DNA of 64,000 bases from Podarcis erhardii. Its lineage: Eukaryota. The stretch is from NCBI GenBank assembly GCA_964252035.1, contig OZ176209.1, one strand, 5' to 3'. The notes below the pieces were generated by a model. The model was not told where the DNA came from. It did no database searches and saw only the letters and a program-made list of their open reading frames with translations. Positions 47,581 through 57,807 of this stretch are shown here, one piece after another; position 1 is the first letter of the stretch, and each line of letters starts with the position of its first letter. The position numbers and the translations under genes are program-made.

Positions 47581-48303
47581 GTTTTGGAGGATGAACCCAT
47601 GAATAATGCCCCGATTTCCTTGGAGGAAGCAAGGCATACAATTAAGAAACTTGCAGCACAGAGGTCCACTACAATTGTCTGTCCCCTTGCCAGCCCTTAC
47701 ATTAAATGCTAGTTTTATGGCCCTGGCTGCATGCCCTAGTCTCTGCAGCCAGTTCTGCAACATTAGTTTCCCAGCTTTTAGCAATCTTTATTCTGGCTGC
47801 ATAAAGCCAATTAGATATTTATGTGACATTCCTTCATTCTCCCCTTCCCATACATTTAGCAAGCTCTTGCTTTGTAAATTTCATTCCTTGAAAATTAACT
47901 CCCAGTGCTTATATACCTCCTCGCAATGCCAGCACATGTGAGGATACAAGCCTCTTTGATTGCATCCCCTACCGCTGAATCCATTTACGAATTTTCATAA
48001 ATAAGTATCCTGTATGAAGTTTCCCAAATTGTTGCCAGGATGGACTTGATGGGCTTTTCCCTCCGCAATCTAACCAAAGCTAATAACTTTTAAATCTTGT
48101 TTATTCAACAAACAAACAAACAAACATTTATTTTATTTATTTCCCAACTCAACTTAGGTGGAGGCGTGATTTGCTTGTCAGCCTCTGCCTCTCAGTTTAA
48201 GCTGCCTTCCGGGGTTGTTGTGAGGGTAAAACACGGCCATCCTGAGCATTTTTGAGGCAGGAGAGTGGAAAATAGAAATGAAATGGATAAATCCAATGCT
48301 ATA

Positions 48304-48544
48304 CAGTGGTACCTTGGGTTACATACGCTTCCGGTTACCTACGCTTCAGGTTACACACTCAGCTAACCCAGAAATAGTGCTTCATGTTAAGAACTTTGCT
48401 TCAGGATGAGAACAGAAATTGTGCTCCGGCGGCGCAGCGGCAGCAGGAGGCCTCATTAGCTAAAGTGGTCTTCAGGTTAAGAATGGTTTCAGGTTAAGAA
48501 CGGACCTCCGGAATGAATTAAGTACTTAACCTGAGGTACCACTG
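48304..48544. mobile_element. Tigger/pogo-like MITE
   Basis: TIRs and TA TSD. Confidence 0.86.
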
Positions 48545-49222
48545 TAGTTGCAGAACATGGGCCCACTTTGCGGCTCACTTTCGTGGTCATTCAAACAGCA
48601 ATAAAGTGGTAGCATTAAGGAAGAATTGCACAGCAAATTAAAGCCGCATGAACCCACTGCTAATGCATTATTATGGTGACAAGAACACCCCCCACAAGGT
48701 CATGCCCACACCATACATTTATTTTTGCAAAACACTTAGAGGTGTGTGTGTGTGTGTGTGTTACAATCAAGTGGTACAGAAATCTTGCTTAAAGAAATAT
48801 ATTCACAGCACCTGGCTTCCCCCAGAGAATCCCAGGGACTGTAGATTACACCCTACAGAGCTACAATTTCCAGCACCCTTAAAAAAAAAGCCTATGGTTC
48901 CCAGGATTATAATTTATTTTTTTTGAGGGGGAGAGCTATGTGCTTTATACATGCTAGAAATGTATGGTTCCAGTTGTTAGCTCCCTCCTTCCCTCCCTCT
49001 TTGACAGCCAATTGAGATGCTTTTTACTTGGGCACAAGTCCCACAGAGTTAACTTCCTAGCAAGCACATTTATGACGGCACAAGTCGCATGTGTGAAAAA
49101 CGCCCCCTCAGTGTTGTGAAATGATCACGGTCTCCACATTTTTGGCCTGCCTGCTGGCCTCCCTCCCGCCTTCTCCTCTCACTGCTTCATAAAGAGAAGT
49201 ATTATAAGGCAATCTGAGAGAG

Positions 49223-49227
<5 letters not shown>

Positions 49228-49271
<44 letters not shown>
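49228..49271. repeat. (GA)n microsatellite
   Basis: Directly visible. Confidence 0.95.
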
Positions 49272-49274
<3 letters not shown>

Positions 49275-49450
49275 CCCTTTCTCCCCCCTCTTCAGAAATG
49301 CATATACACACCCTGACCCTCCACCCACAAGAGAACTCTGGTGATAATTCGCTTGGAATATCTCATGTAAGGGGAGGGAAAAGAGGAGGAGAGAAAGAGG
49401 AGAGAGAAGGGTTTGTTTGCTCAGCCAACTCTCTCTCCCTCTCTCTTTAG

Positions 49451-49558
49451 TGGCTCCGGATTTGCTTTTTCCTTAATATTTTGTTGATGTTGTGGCATTC
49501 TCCAGCTGGTTTGTGGTGACTTAACAGGAACAAGACGGAGGCGTTTGTGGGACCTCGG
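49451..49558 (+). other. candidate non-coding 5' exon of the SLC6A12-like gene
   Basis: Strong donor CGG|GTGAGT at 49559; pyrimidine tract + TAG at 49449-49450; the ATG exon has an acceptor 4 nt before the ATG, so an upstream exon must exist. Confidence 0.3.
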
Positions 49559-51016
49559 GTGAGTGGCTTTTCTTTTTGCCTGTCACTGATTTTGGTGCCC
49601 TGCTTCAGTCGGAGAAGCCTTGAGAACCAGCACAATGCAACATAGGAAATTGTACTGGAGACAGCAATGCTTTGGCCCAGGGAGAGTAGACTAATAGTGC
49701 AGTCCTAAGCCCCTCTGTGTTCAGTGGGGCTTTGGCCCCATCGGCAATATATGTTCAAAACAGCACCATGCCACTTTAAACAGTCATGACTCCCCTGCAA
49801 AGAATCCTGGGAGATCTAGTTTGTAAAGGGTGGTGAGTGTTGTTAGGAGACCCCTATTCCCCAACACGCATAGTTACAATTTACAGAGTGATTTAACAGT
49901 CAACGCCTGTTCCCAGGGGATTCTGGGAAGTGCAGCTCCACGTGTGCCTAGGATTGCAAGCTGATAAAATCCTGTGCAAGCAGGATTTTTTCCTGTTTTT
50001 ACACTCCTGTCCACTGGGGAGCCCTAAAGAAAACGGTGTTGAGAGTAGGGATGGATGAGAAATCTGATTCAGTTCCCATTTGAAGATGAACCCACCAAAA
50101 TTTCACTTTCTGAAACAATATGCAAACTGAGACCCAGCCATCTTCTGAAAATCACACTTCTCTAAATTTTCAGTGCAGTTCTGCAGCCAAGTAATGCTGC
50201 ATATACTAGGGTAAAAATGCACATGTCAGTGGAAAACACCCGCAAAAATGTGTTATATTAAGGAAAATTGCTTTGCAAAATTGTGTATATTGGGACAAAT
50301 CCTCATTTAAAATGCTGGTGAATATTCACAAGGGCCATTTAAAAAAATCACACACTTATGTGGAAATGTGGAGAACTGAATTTAAGGTTGGAAAAAAGGG
50401 AAAATGGGGAGAAACTGAAATGAACAGGCTCCCTCATACCTAGCGATGGAAATGGAGAGGAACAGGGCAATGAAGAAGTTGTATGTGGGTGTGGAAGGAC
50501 AGGCCATGACAGGGTCAAGCAACATGAATCACAGGCTGGAAATGAATTGTGAAACACTGCAGACTGAAGGCCCAGTGGTGTGTGTGTACATGTATGGAAA
50601 ACAGCAGACCAGACTCCAAGAATTTGTTTTCATTTCACTGAGGTTGAGAAATCACATTGCTTCCCTGAAAACAAGCACCTTGGGGAAAACATGGTTTGGT
50701 GCTTGGTGTGTGTGAGAGCCAGGCTAATACCTCTGTGAAACAAATCTAGGCTCCTTGATATATTCTTTTTATTGTGCATCCATAATGATTTGGTCTCATG
50801 ATGTTATTGGAGCGGTCATACGCAATACCATTGGCACTTGCCAACGTTTTGGGGCAGGGATACTGCTCCATTCACACCTCTTGCCCCCATGATAGAGGGG
50901 ACCCAGGGCCGTGTGACATCAGTGCAATGTTTGTGCATGCCTCACGGTGTGCAAGCATGACATCAGCATACAGGTTTGTGCCCATGTTTTTGCCCTCAAA
51001 TGAGCACACATCAACC

Positions 51017-51220
51017 CAGTGCTGGCCCGCCCATGAGGCAAGGTGAGGCAACTGCCTTGGGCGGCAGGATCCATGGGGCAGCAGATCCTGATGTAGATCT
51101 TTATTTCCCACCCCCTCCTGTTCCTGATGTAGCTTTTCATGCACCCATTTTTCCCTGGTGGAGAGGAGGATGCCATTCTGTGGTTTGCCTCAGGCTCCCA
51201 AATGTCTTGAGCAAGCCGTG
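51017..51220. mobile_element. older hAT MITE
   Basis: TSD CATCAACC / CATCATCC (7/8); degraded TIR; the same ttgcctcagg..aaaatgtc right end recurs near 11210-11250 and 31370-31410. Confidence 0.55.
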
Positions 51221-51890
51221 CATCATCCCGTGTGGGGTTTATTGCTGCATATATCAATTTGTCTGTATGTGAGCCTGCAGCAGATAATTTAAAAGAGTTC
51301 CTAAAGGAAGTCCCTTATCTATTGACCTTAATATTGCTGCTGTGAGCACAGTTGCGCCACTCCTTCAACTAGCAATTGCTGACACAAGGTGTCAAACCTT
51401 GGACTTTACCTCTGGGGCTGTTCCTCAGTCTGGCTTGGCAGGCCTGTTCTGAACACTGGCAAAGAGAGTTGCTTCCATAGAGATGTAGGCAGAGATTAAC
51501 TTGGCCAAAAGTCACCTGGGATGAACTGCAAATGTCTCGATTGCTTAGCAAATTGACTCTCTCACCTGCATAGGTGTGCAGCAGGACAGCCCACCCACCA
51601 CAGGGAATTGTGGGCAGTCCAGAGTGCACTGTTGATGATCCCTCATCTCAACCAATGCCATCGTCTGAGACAGGGCTGTGCCAAACCAAACATTTAGGAA
51701 TCCCAACCAGCCACCCCTTTTAATGGAGCAATTGGTGGCAGTGCTGGTGGTGGGGAACCCTGGTGTTATAGCCATATCTCTGTTTAGAAGTAATCATCAC
51801 TGAGTTAGATGGGACCTACTCCCATGTAAGTGTGGATAGGACCCCAGGTGTGATCTAGTGCAATCCTCTGCAATGCAGGAATCTCAAATA

Positions 51891-52132
51891 CAGTGGTACC
51901 TCGGGTTAAGTACTTAATTCGTTCCGGAGGTCCGTTCTTAACCTGAAACTGTTCTTAACCTGAAGCACCACTTTAGCTAATGGGGCCTCCTGCTGCTGCT
52001 GTGCCGCCGGAGCACGATTTCTGTTCTCATCCTGAAGCAAAGTTCTTAATCTGAAGCACCATTTCTGGGTTAGCGGAGTCTGGAACCTGAAGCATCTGGA
52101 ACCTGAAGCGTATGTAACCCGAGGTACCACTG
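51891..52132. mobile_element. Tigger/pogo-like MITE nested in a CR1 fragment
   Basis: TIRs, TA TSD; CR1 3' sequence continues on both sides. Confidence 0.86.
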
Positions 52133-52833
52133 TAAAGCATTTAAGACAGATGGCCATCCAACCTCTGCTTTAAAATTTCCAAGGAAGGGGAATCCTATGT
52201 GGTCATCTCCATTGTGTTGGTATATCTTTTATGGGACTTTGTTGATTTTATTGCTTCATGTATGAACAGGAATTGAAGGCATGAGTCTGCTACAGTGCAA
52301 TCCTCTGCATATTTACTCAGAAGTAAATCCTACCAAGTTTGCTTACTCCCAGGTAAGTGTGCACGGGATTGAAGTTTTAATTAAGGATCCCAAAGTGCAA
52401 TCTGCAAACTCAAAATGGAAGGTCCCCTGCCTTCCATTTCGGAAATGGTCATTCTTTCTAGACTAGCTCTTATAGTATCCATACATAGTATCCTTGGGGG
52501 GAAAAGGTGTTTTGCAAAATTTCTGGAAATGGGAATGCAGAGTCCTCCCCTTAGGAGTCTAGTCTAAAGGCAGCAATATATACTGCATACAAACTATTAT
52601 AATGTAAACCTGATACCCTTGTCTTATACGGACAAACTTTGTGAATGGACTGCTGTCTCTCTTTAAAAAAAATTTATACAGCCGAGGGAGACCCAATTTG
52701 GATTGGAAAGGTGGTGCTATAGCTGCTGGAGGTGAGGAAATGCAACACATTTTTTTAAAAAGGATGAAAGAGGGTGCAGATTTGAATAAATTTTACATAT
52801 GCTAATTTATACCTATAAATGCGGATTTAGGAA

Positions 52834-52876
52834 CACACACACACACACACACACACACATAACACACACACACACA
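52834..52876. repeat. (CA)n microsatellite
   Basis: Directly visible. Confidence 0.95.
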
Positions 52877-52972
52877 ATTATAAAATAAACAGAAACAAAT
52901 GCATCACACCATACTGGGAAAGACTGCGACTAGAGGCACTTGCAGTCTTGCAATTTTCAGGTGGGATGCATA

Positions 52973-53323
52973 AAAGGTAAAGGGACCCCTGACCATTAGG
53001 TCCAGTCATGGCTGACTCTGGGGTTGTGGTGCTCATCTCGCTTTACTGGCTGAGGGAGCTGGCGTACAGCTTCCAGGTCATGGCCAGCATGACTAAGCCG
53101 CTTCTGGCGAACCAAAGCAGCGCACGGAAACGCCGTTTAGCTTCCCGCCAGAGCGGTACCTATTTATCTACTTGCACTTTGACGTGCTTTCGAACTGCTA
53201 GGTTGGCAGGAGCAGGGACTGAGCAATGGGAGCTCACCCCGTCATGGGGATTCGAACCACTGACCTTCTGATTGGCAAGCCCTAGGCTCTGTGGTTTAGA
53301 CCACAGTGCCACCCACGTCCCTT
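52973..53323 (-). mobile_element. Sauria SINE
   Basis: 12-bp TSD GTGGGATGCATA. Confidence 0.88.
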
Positions 53324-53439
53324 GTGGGATGCATACAAACCAGCAAACTCAGGTTGCATGATTATAGTTGAATGGGAGGTCCTGAGTTACCAGCCAACTT
53401 TCCTGAAATTGCAAACTTTTTGCAGTAAATAAAATGAAG

Positions 53440-53830
53440 GGGGAATGGAAAACGAGCAAGGTCCCAACCAAAGAAGAATGGTAACTTAAACTGATGGAAT
53501 ATGCGCAGCTTGCAGATTTAGCATGTAGAATAAGAGAACATGAAGAATGTATATTTAAAGAAGTCTGGAAAATGTTTACTGAATATATGGGTGAAAACTG
53601 TGTTCATTTAAAAATGCTGGTAGCACTGAGATAAATTCAACAGTGTATATAAGTTTTGGTGGATGTAACAATAGATTACTGAATGGTTTGGTTCATATAA
53701 AATATGCAGGGATGTATGATATGCAAAATGAACTATGGAAAGAGAAGAATGGAAGTCATTGATTTAAGGTTGTTTAAATGGTTATTTTGAAATGTATATT
53801 AGAAAATTTAATGATTATATATATATATAG
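53440..53830 (+). mobile_element. L1-clade LINE 3' fragment
   Basis: Decayed ORF2 end WK..KVPTKEEW.LKLMEYAQLA followed by an AT-rich 3' UTR. Confidence 0.6.
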
Positions 53831-55507
53831 GAACTGCACATGCACACATGCGCCTGCAGGCGCATGGATCCCTACCTTTCCATCTAGGCATGCAAGAGGC
53901 AAGATCCTATTCCTGCACCAGCAAAAGGTGAACCAAAGCACAGACCAGAGGTGGGGAAAGGTGTAGTCTGGGGAGTGGGTATGGGCTGGAGAGAGTCCTG
54001 AGGGCCAGTTAGAGAAGCCTTGAGGGCCACATTTGACCTCCAGTTGGCTTGAGGTTCCCCATGTTGTAGATTGTGCAGGGATTTCCATCAGTTTGTCCAT
54101 TCCAATTCCGATTCTTGTCTACAGAGCTCAGCAAGCCCAGGTCCATCCCTGTAGAGGCGCCAGTAAGGAATGGCGCTGATGAATCCTACAAACAGAGAGA
54201 CACAATTCAGGCTTTAATCATACTGGACATATGACTTGGGAGTGCTTTGCAAGCGTCATGCCACATTATACGAAGTGCTTAAAATAGTCTTCTTAGCAAT
54301 TTCATAGTGGTCTGTGAATTTTGCAATGATAAATCGATCTACAGAACTCCCCTTTCTGCTCTTGCCTTAAAAAAAAAATAAGATATAGGAAGCTGACTTA
54401 TAACACATTCTGGCCAATAGGCTCATCTAGCCCAGGGCTGTTTATCCTGACTGGCTGCTGTTCTCCAGGATTTCTCTGGCAGAAGTGATTAAACCTTGGA
54501 TTTTGTACATACTAAGTATGTACTTTTGGGGAAAGTTGCAGGAACTTTGAATTCTGATTTCTGCAGTGGTATGGATTTTCTGAAAAATTCTGAATGGGGA
54601 AATTTTCCAGTAGTTTTTGCTGATGTAAACAACCCTGTGCAAATCTACATAACGTAGTTTGCACCAAAAATGTTCCTGATGCCCCAGAGAAGGATCCAGT
54701 TTAGCACGTTTGCTTTACTTGCATTTATATGCAGTAAACAAAGTCAAAAACTTTTGAAACTGCCAAGCTGGCTTAATATTATATTTGCACTTGGCACCCA
54801 TTCATTTCTACTAACAAACTTATTAAATGGACAAAAAAGAATTCTGCAGAAAAGATTCAGCTCCGCATCGATGTAAGACCGTCAAGGTTTGTGCTTCATC
54901 AGAACAAGTGTCTGATCGAGTGTTCTCATAATGCAAGTAAATAGTTATAAAAACAGGTTGGCTATGGAGATAGGCTTTGTTTTCATCCCTAATAAGCAAA
55001 TAAATTGAAGTTAGATCTTCTGCTGTCTGCCCATAATGACATTGCTAATAAGCGTTGTCCGAAGCACTGCTCTGCTTGATGATTTGCATTTGGCAGACGC
55101 AAATTGGAATGCGGTGAAGACTGTGACAGTTCAGAACAGGTTCCATTACAAAGCATTGGCTTGCGTTCACTTGACAAGCCATGGAGCTCTGACGAGATGG
55201 AGGAGGCATCTGCGCTGAACAGGCATTTTCCTTAGCTGATCAGCCAGATGGCATATTTGCAACAGATCTGGATACAGCAGATGACTCTCTTAGCAATCTG
55301 AGGATCTTGGAGAAGCAGGGTGGTGTGTGTGTGTTTGCAAACAGCGAAGCTGATCCTCAGCGCAGCAGGTGGCAGGCCATCAGTGAAAAAGGACAAGGTG
55401 AAAATAGGGTTCATTGGGTCAGGGTCATTATACAGCAAGCATATCAGGTTTGCTGACACATGCGAGGCACAGACATGGGAAGGCAATATGGGATAGGACA
55501 AAGAGGA

Positions 55508-55756
55508 GAAGAGAAGAAGAGTTTGGATTTGATATCCTGCTTTATCACTACCCGAAGGAGTCTCAAAGCGGCTACCATTCTCCTTGCCCTTCCTCCCCCA
55601 CAACAAACACTCTGTGAGGTGAGTGGGGCTGAGAGACTTCAGAGAAGTGTGACTGGCCCAAGGTCACCCAGCTGCTGCATGTGGAGGAGCGGAGACGCGA
55701 ACCCGGTTCACCAGATTACGAGTCTACCGCTCTTAACCACTACACCACACTGGCTC
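55508..55756 (-). mobile_element. tRNA-derived SINE (Squam3-like)
   Basis: Homologous to the 6049 and 46435 copies. Confidence 0.82.
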
Positions 55757-56640
55757 TCACCACCTTTGAGAGGAGGGTGCAGGGCCTGGGATGGAGGAGA
55801 GGAAACAGGAGTGAGGGAAAAAGGGGAGAAACACAAATAGTTTTGTGCGCTGCCACCATCCAGCTTCCTGTGGCGGCCCCTCCCTACAACTGCTGCCACA
55901 GGGATTTCTGAGGGAGCATCTTGCCCTGAGGAGAGAAGCAGAAACAACTTCAGGAGTCAGGCTCCCTGCTGCCTTATATAAAGTTTAAAAAGAAAAGATG
56001 CTCATTGTAAGGAACTTACGCAAAGTGTCTTGTGAGTTCTGCCTAAAAAGTGGTGTATAAATATCTTGAATGAATGAAAAATGGTGCCTTGTAGGAAGGG
56101 TTATTGTGTGCCTTGTGGTGGTGGTGGGGTTGTCAAGAGAAACTGAAGTTTTTAAATCTTGTCTCACTGCAATTTATCTTATGGTTAGGTATTTGGGATT
56201 TTTTAAAATATAAGTTCAGAATTTGAATCACTGAAATTCAAAAATTCTGAGTTCAAATAGCACATGTAAACGACACTATTTGAGTTTAGTCTTTGGATTG
56301 AATTAAATATTGGGGTGTTATAATTGTGCAGGCAGTAGGATGCGCACTGGTTTTTTTATTTGCGATGATGAATTTTCTTCAGGTTTTTCATCATATACAA
56401 AAATGGCTTCACAGATATAAATTAGCTTGCTTTTCACTATTATTGCTTTTACTGATAGATGAAAGTTCTCAAGGTTACTACCAGGGCAAGCCTATATTTG
56501 CCTAAGCTGTTGCAAATTAGACTGAAGTGATGCAAAGCTTCTGAGGAATGGTTCAGCTAGATAAGGATTATAGAATCCGTTACTTCTGGTTAAACAGTTA
56601 CATTCAAGGTTTTAAATTTTAGTTTCATTTTCTTTTCTTT

Positions 56641-56710
56641 TCCTCCTTCCTTCCTTCCTTCCTTCCTTCCTTCCTTCCTTCCTTTCTTCCTTTCTTTCTT
56701 TCTTTCTTTC
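56641..56710. repeat. (TTCC)n/(TTTC)n repeat
   Basis: Directly visible. Confidence 0.93.
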
Positions 56711-56969
56711 TCATGCTCTGGCCATTGCCGATTCACATAGATGTGAAGAAGTGGTTTTAGACCAGTGAGGGCTGTGGATTGAATCCAATGTAAGCCATAA
56801 TTGGAGTAGACCCATTGGAATAATGGACACGACTTAGGTTTATTCATTTCAATGGGTGTACTATGAATAGAGTAAATACAACCCTGTATCATTTTCCCCA
56901 CAAAGGTCCGCCTCAAGTAGCAATTTCTGTAGTTTATATTTCTCATTTTTCCAACCTTAAATTCAGTTT

Positions 56970-56989
56970 GCTGCTGCTGCTGCTGCTGC

Positions 56990-57023
<34 letters not shown>
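56970..57023. repeat. compound (GCT)n(AAT)n microsatellite
   Basis: Directly visible. Confidence 0.95.
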
Positions 57024-57024
<1 letters not shown>

Positions 57025-57599
57025 TAAAATGTGTGTACTGCCCTATACCTGCAGGCCTCAGGTTGTTGTTATTTTTTAAAAAGATCCTCATGAAAATTCA
57101 TCAGCATTTTAGTGCAAATTTCACTGAATAAATACATTTTTGCATGTGGTTTTGTCTAATGTACACATTCTTTGCTGATAATTTCCCCTAAAATAATGCC
57201 CTTTTGGATGTTATTTTCATGAATATATTTATTTTTATGCACACCATCTCTAATATATGCATTTTTTTAAAAACAACAACAACAACCCATTGTTTGGAAA
57301 ATTGCACCTCAAAATTTGGAGAAGTGTGAATTTTGAAGGATGGCTGTGTTTTAGTTCTCATGTTATTTTGGAAAGTGCAGATTCAATAGATTCACCCTTG
57401 GATGCAAACTGGATCCAATTTCACCCCCCTTATTTTCACTGTCTCACTCCTTGGTTCATGGTCACCTTGAACATAAGAAACTGTTTGGACAAAGCAAAGC
57501 AAAGCAAAGCAAAGCAAAACAGCTTGATAGGTATCCTATGAGAATTCCCCATGTCATGTGATCTGCCTTCCCCTCTGTCATCCCTTGCCCTTCAGAGCC

Positions 57600-57807
57600 A
57601 TGGAAAGCAAAGGACCTTGGGATGGGGAATCCAGTGGGATTATGGTTGTGCCAGCGGTAGAAGAAAAGTCAGAAGAGAGGAAGGATGAGCTTGAGGACAG
57701 AGGACAGTGGACCAACAAAGTGGAGTTTCTACTGTCTGTGGCTGGAGAGATCATTGGTCTGGGCAATGTATGGAGATTCCCTTATCTCTGCTACAAGAAC
57801 GGAGGTG
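57600..57807 (+). CDS. SLC6A12: SLC6A12-like coding exon 1 (MESKGPWDG...[37 protein letters not shown]; TM1)
   Basis: Acceptor cttcag ends at 57595, Kozak gccATGG at 57600, donor gtaagt; SLC6 signature [13 protein letters not shown]. Confidence 0.92.

Noticed and set aside
54077-57305. TonE/NFAT5 sites (TGGAAANNYNY) upstream of the BGT1-like gene at 54077, 54599 and 57295
   Set aside because: BGT1 is osmotically regulated in mammals, but this degenerate 11-mer is expected a few times by chance in 20 kb, and one hit lies in a repeat.
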